From the NCBI GenBank assembly GCA_013375395.1, contig JABXJW010000003.1, positions 1 through 54,506 of the forward strand: DNA of 54,506 bases, written 5' to 3'. Source of the DNA: Desulfobacterales bacterium. Its GTDB lineage: Bacteria > Desulfobacterota > Desulfobacteria > Desulfobacterales > C00003060. Each line of letters begins with the position of its first letter. Position 1 is the first letter of the stretch. A model generated the notes under the pieces. That model was not told the origin of the DNA, made no database searches, and saw only the letters and a list, made by a program, of their open reading frames with translations. This document shows, in pieces, positions 1 to 10,316 of this stretch. Position numbers and translations under genes: made by a program.

Positions 1-262
1 TCAGACTGTGCTCTTCCGATCTCGGGAGACTTTATTGTGGGATGTAGGGATAAATCTTTGCGCATCAGTTCCAACGCCTATATGGGTCAAGTGGAATTAT
101 CGCATGCAAATCGCAAAGCCGGTGCGCAGTCTGGGCTGTATGCCGATAGGCAGAACCGGTCTCATGTGGGCATTTGGCAAGAACCCGGCTTTGGGGCTTA
201 CCGGTAGCGCCGACAATTTCCTCTTTATGGTTTTTCGCAAAAGGGCGTGCTGTGCGTTTTAG
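1..262 (+). CDS. traU: Conjugal transfer protein TraU, 3' end (partial, runs off window)
   Basis: C-terminal pattern 'LC..VPTPIWVKWNYRMQ...CMPIGRTGLMW..GKN...DNFLFMVFRKRACCAF*' resembles the TraU C-terminus; lies directly upstream of trbC as in F-type T4SS clusters. Confidence 0.8.
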   Translation, partial: QTVLFRSRETLLWDVGINLCASVPTPIWVKWNYRMQIAKPVRSLGCMPIGRTGLMWAFGKNPALGLTGSADNFLFMVFRKRACCAF

Positions 263-1320
263 AACAACATACACATTTTTACCCTAACGTTTGCAAGAGT
301 CGAGGATGCTGCAGATCCAAGACGTCCGAGGGTGAGGCTGTAGTAAGCTACGCCGAACCCTTGGCAACGCAGGAGATGCAGTATCATCGGCTTTCCCGAA
401 GGGTAAACAACATGGCAGTTTTTCTAGTTTTCTGGATATCACTGGCAGTGAATTCTACAAAGTTTCTCAAAAAGGTCGCAGAGAAAGGCTATTGTTGCTT
501 TTTTGGATCTTTTGCCATGTTGTTTATGCAACTACTGGGTTTACTGCTCCTGCTCGGTTCCACAGTTGTGTTTGCCGGCGACTTTGACGCAAAGAGTGTG
601 AATGACGCGATAGAAAGAACAAAGGAATATGAAAACAAGACAGGCTTGCCTGGCATTCACAGCCCGGAAGCACACAAAGCAGCCCAGCGAGCAGCCGGTC
701 AATTCTATTCGCCGGAATACCAGAAGAAGATTCACGCTGAAACAGAGCGGCTGAAATCCGAACAGTTTGCGGACCTGACAAAGGGATTTGAAAATCCCGA
801 TCAGGCGAAATCAAGAAATACTGCGCTATTATCTGATGAAAGGCTATATGTACTAATATCATCTTCCGTGCCTCTGTCGACACTGCGCACATATGCCGCC
901 GCATTGGACAAGCTGAAGGACTCCAACGTGTCCATGGTCATGCGTGGGTTTGTTGGAGGCATGAAATTTTTCAGGCCCACTCTGGAATTTGTCCAAAGCG
1001 TTGTCGTCAGGAATCAAAGCTGCGATCTTTCTACTGAGCGATGCGACGTTTATCATGCTGCAATCAGTATCGACCCGCTCGTATTCAGGAAATACGGTGT
1101 TCGGCGCGTCCCTGCAATTGCATACGTAAGGGGCGTAGGACTTGAAAACGTTTCAATGCGCGAGGGAGACGCCGAGAACCTGGCGGGTTCGCAAGACGCC
1201 TATATTGTTTACGGTGATGTGTCTGTGGACCGCGCCCTTGAAACCATAGCTAAAGAGACGAAAAGTGTCCGAATCAATAGTCTTGTAAAAAAGTTGAGGA
1301 GTGGTTTTTATGCTGACTGA
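252..1320 (+). CDS. trbC: Type-F conjugative pilin assembly protein TrbC, 5' end interrupted by a 262-bp element (possible rescue start ATG 517)
   Basis: Motifs LYVLISSSVP, MVMRGFVGG, ISIDPLVFRKYGVRRVPA, VYGDVSVDRALE. Removing 280-541 joins GTG252 in frame to give the signal peptide MRFRTTYTFLLLLLGSTVVFA. Confidence 0.85.
280..541. mobile_element. Structured non-autonomous element family A, copy 1 (TACCCT...GGGTT, 262 bp)
   Basis: Homologous to 17925-18187; imperfect terminal inverted repeats; internal inverted pair TAAACAACATGGCA / TGCCATGTTGTTTA; nested palindromic segment at ~295-403. Confidence 0.8.
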
Positions 1321-1852
1321 GACAACAGCTTGCCTGTCTGGCTGGTGGAAGGACCTTCAATGCCGAATAAGGTCTCTCACACCCAGGAAGGGATTATGTT
1401 TGCTGGCCGGTTTCTTGACTCTATCATTTGCGGGGGCCGTCATTCCCGGCAGGTTTTCAGTTTCACCATCAAATTCCGTGGGATACAGACTCTTTTATCT
1501 CAAGCCTCAATTCAAACGTTCGTCGCTGAAGAAGGGCACGTTCGTACTCTTTGACGTATATACAAAGCTAATGCCGGATTGTTGGCCGTGTCTGGCGGTA
1601 AAGAAAATTGTCTGTACGGAAGGGGATGTTTTGAGTGTGAACCAGAGAAACTTCTACTGTAACAAAGAATACATCGGAACTGCAAAACCTTGTGCAAAGG
1701 ACGGGGCGGAATTGGAGGCATTCCAATTCAACGGGGTGGTCCCCGGCGGAAAACTCTTTGTGGCAGGAGCTTGTGTGGACAGCTATGACTCCCGGTATAT
1801 CGGATTTATTGACAAAAAAGATATTAAGGCAATTGTTGTGCCTATCATTTAG
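1310..1852 (+). CDS. S26-family signal peptidase of the conjugation system (TrhF-type pilin-processing peptidase)
   Basis: N-terminal TM segment, 'SPSNSV', 'AVKKIVCTEGD', 'DSYDSRYIGFI' S26 motifs; overlaps trbC stop; GAGGA upstream of ATG1310. Confidence 0.85.
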   Translation: MLTETTACLSGWWKDLQCRIRSLTPRKGLCLLAGFLTLSFAGAVIPGRFSVSPSNSVGYRLFYLKPQFKRSSLKKGTFVLFDVYTKLMPDCWPCLAVKKIVCTEGDVLSVNQRNFYCNKEYIGTAKPCAKDGAELEAFQFNGVVPGGKLFVAGACVDSYDSRYIGFIDKKDIKAIVVPII

Positions 1853-2750
1853 TGTGTTGTTTGTAGTTTTATGTGACCCGATGCGTGCCTGTGGCGGCCA
1901 GGCCACAGCAGATGTGACCGATTACGATGCTGCAAGCATACAAACAGACAAAGGCAACGAGAACATGGTTGGCGCACCGGCTCCGAACTACGATGAAAGA
2001 AAGAAAGGCTGGTATTGGTACGAAACAGAACCTGAATTGGAGGAAGAGGAAAAGACGGAAGCAGACAAGCCTGAACTGACTGTAAGCGACCGGTCTTATG
2101 AAGAACTATGGAATATGTACCCGGACGACTTCCAGGACTTGCTCGACAGAACTACGAAAATCGCAGTACAATCTCCGAGTGAAAAAAATGTGCTGCAGTA
2201 TCTAGTGATGCAAGACATTGCGCGGAGAAAAAGCGTGGCCTTTGCCAACGTGGTAGGATACGTCGGGCAGAAATACCCCCGGTTTTCCAATGCAGACGTG
2301 CACCCTGTCATTCCGCCGGGAAGGACTGCCCTTGCCGAGCTCAAACATGGGGAGGTCAAGCAGACTATCGAGGAATCGTCAAATGAGTTTGCTCTGATCA
2401 TGTTTACACAGAGAGACTGCAAATTCTGCGATATTCAGAAATCCATCCTGAAGTTCTTCACTGCAAGCTATGACTGGGCAGTGCGATTGATAGACATCGA
2501 CAGACACCCGAATCTTTCATCCCGATTCGGAATCGAGCAGACACCGAGCATTATCCTGGTTCACAAGAATTCGCAGGATTACATGCCAATCTCTGTGGGA
2601 GTTATTTCGCTCAGAGACCTTAATGCGCGCATATATAGATCAATCAAATTCTTGCGTGGAGAAGTGACCCCGGAGCAATGGTTCATATATGAGTTTGAAA
2701 AAAACGCCGGCAGCGACCCGCTAAAGTTCATCACTCTAAGAAACCAGTGA
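1785..2750 (+). CDS. traF: Conjugal transfer protein TraF (thioredoxin-like); start uncertain
   Basis: 'ERKKGWYWYE', 'AVQSPSEKNV', CxxC 'DCKFC', 'FGIEQTPSIILV', 'PISVGVIS' typical of F-type TraF. Confidence 0.85.
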   Translation: MTPGISDLLTKKILRQLLCLSFSVLFVVLCDPMRACGGQATADVTDYDAASIQTDKGNENMVGAPAPNYDERKKGWYWYETEPELEEEEKTEADKPELTVSDRSYEELWNMYPDDFQDLLDRTTKIAVQSPSEKNVLQYLVMQDIARRKSVAFANVVGYVGQKYPRFSNADVHPVIPPGRTALAELKHGEVKQTIEESSNEFALIMFTQRDCKFCDIQKSILKFFTASYDWAVRLIDIDRHPNLSSRFGIEQTPSIILVHKNSQDYMPISVGVISLRDLNARIYRSIKFLRGEVTPEQWFIYEFEKNAGSDPLKFITLRNQ

Positions 2751-2767
2751 AAAAAATTCGTTTCGGT

Positions 2768-3036
2768 GAGACAGGATTATCCCTGCGGGATGCTTCGCGC
2801 GACGGGATTATCAAGATATTTTTTTGCCTTTCCACAACAAAGGCAAAAACCTTAATCCCTCTTCGAGGGAACAGCCGTCCTCAATCATTGGGAAAGGGGG
2901 GTCAATGGAATCCGAAAACCAGCAGTGCGAGCAACGAAGCCATGATTTCCGCCGCAGGCGGATTGCATTTTCTCGCCTTCATCTGGAAGGCGAGAAAGCA
3001 ACAAAAGAATCGAAACAATCCTGTCAATCCTGTCTG
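2768..3036. mobile_element. Structured non-autonomous element family B, copy 1 (AGACAGGATT...AATCCTGTCT)
   Basis: Terminal inverted repeat; first ~110 bp nearly identical to the reverse complement of part of 17438-17714. Confidence 0.75.
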
Positions 3037-3069
3037 AACGCTCTCCCTCTTTTAATATCGCACAAAACT

Positions 3070-5511
3070 ATGACGCAGTGCATGATATATTTGATTGCGC
3101 TTGTCTGCTGTATGCTGGCTGTCTATGCCGTGCATGCGGATGAAGCCGAAATGGGCAGAAATGCAGGCATTGAGACAGGTGACAGCATACGCTTGCAGCT
3201 TGACTCTGCGGATAAAATCAACGACAGAGTGGCACAACCGCTGACCTCGGATGGCACACCTATGAAAACTTTTGGCCCGGAGAATGAACAACAGTCTTTC
3301 AACGCCCAACTGACAGCCCCATCTTCTGATGCGTTCCTCGAAGTCTTCGTACAGCCGGCTGCATCAGGCGATCTCGCAGGTGCATCTGTTAGTCAGGATA
3401 CCGACTTCGACGGAAACACGGACTACGTTTACAACGTACCCGTACAGATTTCAGGCGTGTGCGCCAATGGTGTAATCTCGTGCGATGTTGGAACCTGGAG
3501 TCATTGTACCTACTACAGATGGACAGCGAATGACAATCTGGAAGTCTCCCTTAATCAGAAAGACTCAATAACGGATCTTGCTGCGTGTTATTGCATCAAC
3601 AGCAGTTGTGGCAGCCAGCTTGTGTGGGATAACCTTGACCTGATCTTGAAGGACTTGGGCGGAGGCGTTGTTGCGGCGGTGCAATCCAAAAACCCTCACT
3701 GCACGATTACGAACGTCTCAATTGACGGCCCGGTAATCAGGTATTACGGCCAGGAAACAGACGAGTTGGGAAGCGGGGTCCAGGGTGTGTATTCCTCCGG
3801 CACGCCTAATCCGGAACAGTATTATGAAGCAGGATCGCTGCCGGTTGATGCCGAGGTTGCCGGCCAAATGAACGAGCCGGACAGTTATTACTCACAGCTT
3901 AATGATGTTTACAGCACTCAGCCCCAGACCGATTTTGTGAGTTGTACGATAACCAATGATATTGTCCCTGTTTCGCATAATGAGGTGGTAGACGTTCAAA
4001 TGACGGTATGGTACGACTCAACGACGGCGGCTGCGACGGACCGGGTGAAAGTGACGTCCATCTCGCCAATTGGGAATACTTATGATTGGTCTGCCGGACT
4101 GGAGAACCACTTTGGCGATTTAGGCTATGAAATATTAAGGAGAGCGGGGCTGAACGTTAATTCCGTAGAGCAAGATGATCTGGATACATTCAACAAAACC
4201 GCTCAATTCTGGTGGATGAACTACCCTCAAATTCATGGGCCGTGCAACATGACACTTACATGTGAAACGGTGGTGTCAATTCTAGAACATCGGATTCAAA
4301 ACAGTTGCCATCCTGATGCCAGTTGCCGGTTAAAAGAAGAAAAGGTCTGTGACGCTGAGGGCCTGAACTGTGTTCAGACATGGCAGCACTTCAACCCGAC
4401 ATCGCAATCTCCGTTGCCAACATGCAAAGGGTTTTCAGCTATTGAATATGAAAAGGCGGTTCATTACACCGCCTGCATGGACGGTGTCAACGCTACGGTT
4501 GCCAGAGACGGCGGTGGCAGCCAAATACTTGCATCCGGCGATGATATGTGGTGGCGTGTAGAGCGTGTTTATTCCTGTCAAGCCGATGGTGAATACGATT
4601 TTGACAATGTGTTGCAAAGAACAAGGCATATCAGGGATACCGAACAGGACAATACCGTTACCTTGTATTATGAGGATTATGATCCCGAAACCGGATTGGC
4701 CACCCCTCGCACTACAGACCTGCCCGAAAGATCTGCCGGCGAAACTTGCGAGAAAGCCTGCAAGCTGAGAAAGCCGGTCGAAGATACAGAAGCAGGAGTG
4801 CCCGGAACCACAGCCGACTACCGGACAACAGTAAATAGCTATACTTATGTATATAGAAAATGTGAAGGGGATGTGTGCCCTGTTGAGGATGGAGAGGAGA
4901 TCGTAAAAGACTGCGCCTGTCTGAACGATTTTGGGGAAGCAGCCTCAGTCATGCAGGTGTTGGATGATGCCGGCGATGACCTCATCTGTACAGAATACAA
5001 CCAACAGGGAAACTGCATCGGTCAAATTTATATCTTCAGCGGCAGTGACAGTAGGTGCAGGTCCGACGGCCTCACAATCGGTTTTGACAATTGCTGCAAG
5101 GACGACGAATACTGGTTCGGGCTGGGGCAATGCAGAGAAGACGAAAGGCAGCTTGCAACATCCAAAGCCGAAGGCTTATGCCACTACATTGGTCGCTATT
5201 GTTCAGAGGAGTTTGATCTGCTCTTTGGCTCAATTTGCATAGAACATTCCCGAACGTATTGCTGTTTCAATTCCGAGCTTTCCCGAATGGTTCATGAACA
5301 GGGAAGGCCGCAGTTGCAGGGCGACATCAGCAGTTGGGGCGGCCCTGAGAGCCCCAATTGCCGCGGGTTTACCCCGGAGGAATTTCAAATGCTCGATTTT
5401 TCCAGGATAGATCTCTCTGAATGGTACGGTGATATCGAAGCTAAAGGGCAGGATCAGATAGAGAACGAAATGCAGGAATCAATAGAGAATCACTACGAAA
5501 AGATCGAATGA
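3070..5511 (+). CDS. traN: Mating-pair stabilisation protein TraN (ancestral start may be GTG2747)
   Basis: Signal peptide; Cys-rich; C-terminal TraN motifs 'IFSG...C...NCCK', 'CHYIGRYCS', 'YCCFNSELSRMVHEQGRPQL', 'PNCRGFTPEEFQMLDFSRIDLSEW'. Confidence 0.92.
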   Translation: MTQCMIYLIALVCCMLAVYAVHADEAEMGRNAGIETGDSIRLQLDSADKINDRVAQPLTSDGTPMKTFGPENEQQSFNAQLTAPSSDAFLEVFVQPAASGDLAGASVSQDTDFDGNTDYVYNVPVQISGVCANGVISCDVGTWSHCTYYRWTANDNLEVSLNQKDSITDLAACYCINSSCGSQLVWDNLDLILKDLGGGVVAAVQSKNPHCTITNVSIDGPVIRYYGQETDELGSGVQGVYSSGTPNPEQYYEAGSLPVDAEVAGQMNEPDSYYSQLNDVYSTQPQTDFVSCTITNDIVPVSHNEVVDVQMTVWYDSTTAAATDRVKVTSISPIGNTYDWSAGLENHFGDLGYEILRRAGLNVNSVEQDDLDTFNKTAQFWWMNYPQIHGPCNMTLTCETVVSILEHRIQNSCHPDASCRLKEEKVCDAEGLNCVQTWQHFNPTSQSPLPTCKGFSAIEYEKAVHYTACMDGVNATVARDGGGSQILASGDDMWWRVERVYSCQADGEYDFDNVLQRTRHIRDTEQDNTVTLYYEDYDPETGLATPRTTDLPERSAGETCEKACKLRKPVEDTEAGVPGTTADYRTTVNSYTYVYRKCEGDVCPVEDGEEIVKDCACLNDFGEAASVMQVLDDAGDDLICTEYNQQGNCIGQIYIFSGSDSRCRSDGLTIGFDNCCKDDEYWFGLGQCREDERQLATSKAEGLCHYIGRYCSEEFDLLFGSICIEHSRTYCCFNSELSRMVHEQGRPQLQGDISSWGGPESPNCRGFTPEEFQMLDFSRIDLSEWYGDIEAKGQDQIENEMQESIENHYEKIE

Positions 5512-5573
5512 AAACAGACCGGATAGCTACTTGCTCTGTTCGTCTGGGGCGGGGGCGAATTCGATTTTATTTA

Positions 5574-5827
5574 TCATTCCTTTAGCAATTCCTCGATCTC
5601 TCGAATAAGAGCCGGTAAATTGGGTTGGGTGAAACTCATATCAGGTGCAGGGAGCCGATGATGCTTAATATCAGGCAGAATGTGCTTAAAGTAACCTCTC
5701 CTTGTACAATCGCCGTGCGTTTACCCCGTGGCACAATGGTCAAGGTTGACCTTTGAACGGAAGGGAACCGTTGCTTGAGGGTGTAAACAAACTCCTCATA
5801 GTTACGAAGTGACTGGAATGGGTTCAT
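5574..5827 (-). pseudogene. DUF6516/TumE-like toxin remnant with internal deletion and frameshift
   Basis: N-part MNPFQSLRNYEEFVYTL... in one frame; C-part KHILPDIKHHRLPAPDMSFTQPNLPALIREIEELLKE* in another; overlaps the antitoxin-like gene. Confidence 0.6.
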
Positions 5828-6104
5828 GGCGAGCTGTTCTTTCGATGACGCCGACTAATGTCTCTGAGCGTTCCCGCAAGGCATGAATTGCACGACGATA
5901 TTGTTCCTGGCGACGGAGCAAGATTTTATATGCTCCAGCCCAATCGGCCCAGTCCAGTACCCAAACATCATCTCCTGGCTCTTCACCGCTCGTGTACGAT
6001 TCGTAGAATGTCTCTGAAAGCACCCCATACTTCCGCTCATAAGCTTCCAGATCCTCAGTGAGTGCGTGAATGTCAGCCATAATCTCTTGTAAAGTCATCA
6101 CCAT
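5802..6104 (-). CDS. Small putative antitoxin (TumA-like)
   Basis: 'LEAYERKYGVLSETFYESY..G...DWADWAGAY' pattern; GGAGGAGG RBS before ATG6104. Confidence 0.65.
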   Translation of the reverse strand: MVMTLQEIMADIHALTEDLEAYERKYGVLSETFYESYTSGEEPGDDVWVLDWADWAGAYKILLRRQEQYRRAIHALRERSETLVGVIERTARHEPIPVTS

Positions 6105-6532
6105 ACCTCCTCCGGTCCTTATACCGGATCGGTGTCCGTATGCAAGATAGCCATTTGGGCTATCTTGTTGATCTGTGAAACAAGTTCGGATATCCCTGTT
6201 CTCACCGAACCTTTTCATGTCAATCAAGAGTTTGGAAAAGTTCCCACTGTATGAACTTTTCAAAAGATTAGCTAAGAATACCAAAAGATGAACGCCATTA
6301 CAAGGCTACACCTCTTGAATCAGGTTTCTCACCACGTATTTCAGTGCTTCAACAGGCTACCCTCAACAGCGGCTCCATCCGGCAATTCAGAGTAAAGATA
6401 TGTACTGTATATCGAAAATGATTTGCTGGTGGGTTGCCGTAAAGATACATAGCAGAGATCTCCACCGATGCCCAAATATCCGCCCCTTATATATGGATAT
6501 CATACTTTGAAATGCTTCTCGATTTCATACAG

Positions 6533-6592
6533 TCATAGCGGCGGGCATCAGCCGCGCAGTTCACCCCGTCTGGTGGATGCTTTGGTTGGGGC
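6533..6592 (-). other. Degenerate attC-like site downstream of the ParA/RelA-SpoT pair
   Basis: Minus strand GCCCCAAC-CAAAGCATCCACCAGACG...CGCGGCTGATGCCCGCC-GCTATGA: imperfect hairpin with a YYYAAC start and a degenerate GTTRRRY end. Confidence 0.45.
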
Positions 6593-6665
6593 ATCGTAGC
6601 CATAGTCTTTTTGATGCTCCGGATTCTGTCAAATGTTGGCCACTATGTATTTCCAAAGTTTCCTT

Positions 6666-7352
6666 CTATTTTGTCTGATCTTTCCGCATTTCTTCTTCGT
6701 TTACACGAAATATTGAATCTGCCAGCCTACTACCAGCTCCAACTAGGCGTGCAAGCACTCGAAGTTGTTCCTGACAGGATAGGCTCGTCGTACTATGCGG
6801 ATAGTTGATAGTGTGATCTATTTCGCCCCAAATTTCTTCGAATAGTGTTCGCACTTGAATTTCACAGGTCACCTCGGAATCTTTGCGCGGTTTCACGACG
6901 TAGTGGATGCTTGTGTAAAAACTTTCCTTTAACTGGACCTCTAGGTTATAACTTTCAAAGAATTCTTTCGATTCTGGATCCCAGGTGTAAGCCTTCGGAT
7001 TCTCAAAAAGCACCCAGTCACGTCTACTCAATTGCTCGTTAATACATTCATGAATCTTCGTAAACTGCTGTTGATAAAGATGCATAACGCGTATGCCTGC
7101 GAAATCAGTTATGCGCTCGAAGACATTCTTTTTCGTTATGGGATCGGCTTCATCAGATTTCCGATTTATCTTGTCCTCTATGCGGTCATTAGCCTTGATT
7201 CGGGTTTTAATAGAATGAATTACTGGAGGTACTCCATTCAACACAGGATCTTCCCTAAATACCGATTCAACACCCTTCAGGAAGATTTTAAACAAATGAA
7301 TCTTTGACTCAATATATTCCCGCAAGTCCTCAACAATATGAATTTCAGTCAT
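6666..7352 (-). CDS. RelA/SpoT-domain protein (small alarmone synthetase-like)
   Basis: Synthetase motifs 'KTRIK', 'ITDFAGIRV', 'YTSIHYVV', 'CEIQVRTLFEEIWGEIDHTINY'. Confidence 0.9.
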   Translation of the reverse strand: MTEIHIVEDLREYIESKIHLFKIFLKGVESVFREDPVLNGVPPVIHSIKTRIKANDRIEDKINRKSDEADPITKKNVFERITDFAGIRVMHLYQQQFTKIHECINEQLSRRDWVLFENPKAYTWDPESKEFFESYNLEVQLKESFYTSIHYVVKPRKDSEVTCEIQVRTLFEEIWGEIDHTINYPHSTTSLSCQEQLRVLARLVGAGSRLADSIFRVNEEEMRKDQTK

Positions 7353-7355
7353 AGC

Positions 7356-8459
7356 TCAGCCCAATGTGTTGATTCTGTCTAGAATATCTTTTGCAAAAGC
7401 ATGGTATGCCGCCCGCGTTTCTTCATATCGGGCACGATTCCCAGCGATTGTGCCCCGGTCACTTGCTTGCAGCTTTCCACAATCGGGTACTTTCCACATA
7501 GGCACTTTGTACTTTTGGGCCATACTTGGTAGAGTTGAGTGAGAATGCATTACTGAGGTTTCGCCTACCGGCTTTGTTAATTGTTGTTCTGAAAGATGTT
7601 CAAACACGGTACGAGGGATAAATTTTTTAATAGTATTTGGAACCTGCTGTGCATAGTGATAGTGAGCTTGTGCCAGATTCCACGGATTTCTCCTTGTGGA
7701 ATACTTCTTCGCATTGAAAATGGTGAAGCCTAGGAATTGAACGAAATTTTTCGGAAGGTACTCCCGCTTCGTGTCAGACAACAAGCTGTACATTGTTTTG
7801 AGTTCTCGGTCCCACTTACTTAATGCCATGCCGATATTTCTGATCCCATAAAGAGAGAACATATCAGGCATACATGGAATGACAAATCCATCGGCTGTGG
7901 AGATGATCACTTTATTGAGGATTCCAAGACTAGGCGAGGTGTCCACCAAAACATAATCGTATCCTCGTGACTGTGCATAATCACTAAATAACTTGCGAAT
8001 CCTAGTAATGGTGCGAATAGCAAGGGGGTCACCCAGAAAGGCTTGGCTCCAGCGACTGGCAATAGTATCCTCGTACATATGAATTGTGAGACGCCCAGGA
8101 ATTAAGCCCAGATTATTGTGCAACTCCATCGGAGCGGGTAATATCTCGTGTTCCCCTGTACCGTCTTCTGTAGGTTTCAGGAGAAAATGAACTGACCGAC
8201 AGCTACCGGTCAATTTAGACAACTTTTTTGGGGAGTATTCTTTCCGAGCGCTATCAAAATCATCAATGAACGAATCTTCGTCTGTCCAAATATGGTGCAA
8301 TTGTTCTTCCGTTAAGCCGAAGAGCGTTAGATTTGACTGAGGATCTAGGTCCACCAGTAGGGTCTTGTGACCCAATTCGGCCAGTGCATAAGCCACATGG
8401 AAGGTTAACGTAGTCTTACCGACACCACCCTTGTTATTAAAAATCGCTATTGATTTCAT
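7356..8459 (-). CDS. ParA/Soj-family ATPase (long, stand-alone type)
   Basis: Deviant Walker A 'NNKGGVGKTT', 'VDLDPQSNLT', 'YVLVDTSPSLG'; 3 bp upstream of the RelA/SpoT gene. Confidence 0.9.
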   Translation of the reverse strand: MKSIAIFNNKGGVGKTTLTFHVAYALAELGHKTLLVDLDPQSNLTLFGLTEEQLHHIWTDEDSFIDDFDSARKEYSPKKLSKLTGSCRSVHFLLKPTEDGTGEHEILPAPMELHNNLGLIPGRLTIHMYEDTIASRWSQAFLGDPLAIRTITRIRKLFSDYAQSRGYDYVLVDTSPSLGILNKVIISTADGFVIPCMPDMFSLYGIRNIGMALSKWDRELKTMYSLLSDTKREYLPKNFVQFLGFTIFNAKKYSTRRNPWNLAQAHYHYAQQVPNTIKKFIPRTVFEHLSEQQLTKPVGETSVMHSHSTLPSMAQKYKVPMWKVPDCGKLQASDRGTIAGNRARYEETRAAYHAFAKDILDRINTLG

Positions 8460-8947
8460 TCTATCTCGTTTGCTCCATAATTTGAATTATACGGCAAGCC
8501 ACCTTCTTAACGTACTGGGCTTGCCTCAACCGATCATGCAGTCAAGGTTGTCAACAGTTATTTCCAATTAAACCAATGGATTTCATTATATGTGTCTAAT
8601 TGAAAACGCAACACTTGTCAAGCTTCTGGACGAAATCTCGGTGAGCTCACGTAGCAGAGGAGACGTTATCAGAGGTATGACCGAAAAATTGAGACCGGAG
8701 AAGGACCGCGTTAGCCCAGGATTCGATCGGGCAAAGCCAAGATCTGATTCGGCGACCTAAAAAAGTGGGCTTTTTCACTATCTTAACATTATAGCAGGCA
8801 CTCTCACTCCGAGCCTGCTAATTCTGATCAAAGATACTATGGCAGTATCGTGAATTAGGACTGGAGCCTGACGAACAGTAGAAAGTATAGACTAACGAAG
8901 ATTAACCCAAAAGAAGAATTTCACTGATATCAGCGTGAAGCCGCTAT

Positions 8948-10096
8948 TTAATAATCCCAATCCAAGTCCGATGCGACGTTTATTTTGTCAATTGAATCGA
9001 AGGAGATGTCAACATCTTCCCCAAGTTGTGCAACTTCTTCATCAGTGCTATCGTTTGATTCAAAAACTACCGTTGCAAAGTCCAATGAAATAGACGCCTC
9101 AACCCTTAGGCTAAACGTTTCTTCTGCATCATAGTAATGTTTGTTGAGTTCGCTAATCGAAATTTGTTCGGCCCTTTCTTCACTCAGAGTCCAAAAGTCC
9201 ATCTTAAACACTGCATATGAAACTTCGCAGTCTGTTGAAAACTCGACAGGAACGACAAAGAGCCCTTCTCCATAATACTCAGCCTCAGCGATTCGGATTT
9301 CTATATCTTCTGCGCTCCCAATTCCGAGGAGTATTCCTTCATTGTTGTCGTCAAGAATTTGTTCGCTCGTCACGGTCAGCCCATGAAGAACATCGACAAC
9401 TTGATCCTGAATCGTTGCTTCTATTTTTTGTTTTATTTCAGGTACAAGAGATAGAAGGCGCTGGAATGTCAGTTTTGCCTGCTCCTCTTTAAGGAGAGGT
9501 TGACAAAAATCAGATGAGATGAATTCGTCTATAGACGAGAACGCCGTCACCCTTTCATCGGTCTCGCTTGCGCCTTTGATTCCTTTATCATTACTGACTA
9601 CGATGACTTCTCCATACTGTTGAGCTATGTCGAGGACAGTTTGCCAAATGAAGGCGTCAGGAATATCATCTCGTCGTTTCTTTTCTCGGAAAGGAGGTTG
9701 TCCTTCGAAGTAGGCATCAATGACTTTACCGGCATGAGAAGCATCAATCGGATGCATTTGGGCTGTCATTTCAGCATGCCACTCTTCAAAGTCTGACCTG
9801 GCAAATTCAGCCAACTGCTGATCGAGATCCATTAAACCCTGCTTCGTTTCGTCAAGGAGGGCTTTTGCGTTATCTGGCAAGTGCTTTTTCCCGAATTTTG
9901 AGATGTTAGTGGTGATTTCGCGTAGACCCGCATGATACTCTTCAATCTGTTGCGTAAGAAATTCTTCTTTGACAACATATGGAATGTGCAGTTTGAGTTT
10001 CCCTGCCTTCGCTAAGCCCATTACCGCACGAAAGCCTGCCTTTTTCCTTGCAGGATCGTTTCTTAACGCGGTGGAATCAATGACGAGGTGAATCAT
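8948..10096 (-). CDS. PIN-domain protein (DUF4935/PIN_12-like) with acidic C-terminal domain
   Basis: 'LVIDST', 'IPYVVKEEF', 'PPF..KKRRDDIPDAFIW', 'VVSNDK' PIN acidic motifs. Confidence 0.8.
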   Translation of the reverse strand: MIHLVIDSTALRNDPARKKAGFRAVMGLAKAGKLKLHIPYVVKEEFLTQQIEEYHAGLREITTNISKFGKKHLPDNAKALLDETKQGLMDLDQQLAEFARSDFEEWHAEMTAQMHPIDASHAGKVIDAYFEGQPPFREKKRRDDIPDAFIWQTVLDIAQQYGEVIVVSNDKGIKGASETDERVTAFSSIDEFISSDFCQPLLKEEQAKLTFQRLLSLVPEIKQKIEATIQDQVVDVLHGLTVTSEQILDDNNEGILLGIGSAEDIEIRIAEAEYYGEGLFVVPVEFSTDCEVSYAVFKMDFWTLSEERAEQISISELNKHYYDAEETFSLRVEASISLDFATVVFESNDSTDEEVAQLGEDVDISFDSIDKINVASDLDWDY

Positions 10097-10316
10097 AACA
10101 TTTCAGGCCTGCATGGCACCGCCTTTGCCAAATCGTAGCCATTTGAAGCCGAGGATTTTGCGAGATAACTTCCCATTATCTATTCTGGCTCTATGGAAAA
10201 TCCGGTCATCAATGTCTTGCCACTGATCTTTACATTCCAAGAAATTGCGATTTCATGTCTGTATCAAAACCCCACCGCTACTCACGAGAATTGGGGTGTC
10301 GGTTGGTGCGCGGGTT

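Noticed and set aside
247-516. N-terminal 90 aa of the 357-aa ORF as real TrbC sequence
   Set aside because: It is read-through of the inserted family A element; a better signal peptide appears when the element is removed
2824-3069. N-terminal extension of TraN and the 96-aa ORF 2747-3037
   Set aside because: Both are mostly translations of the family B repeat; the same peptide recurs in ORF 17480-17794
7356-8459. Plasmid partition locus
   Set aside because: No parB or parS-like array adjacent; the partner gene is a RelA/SpoT-domain protein
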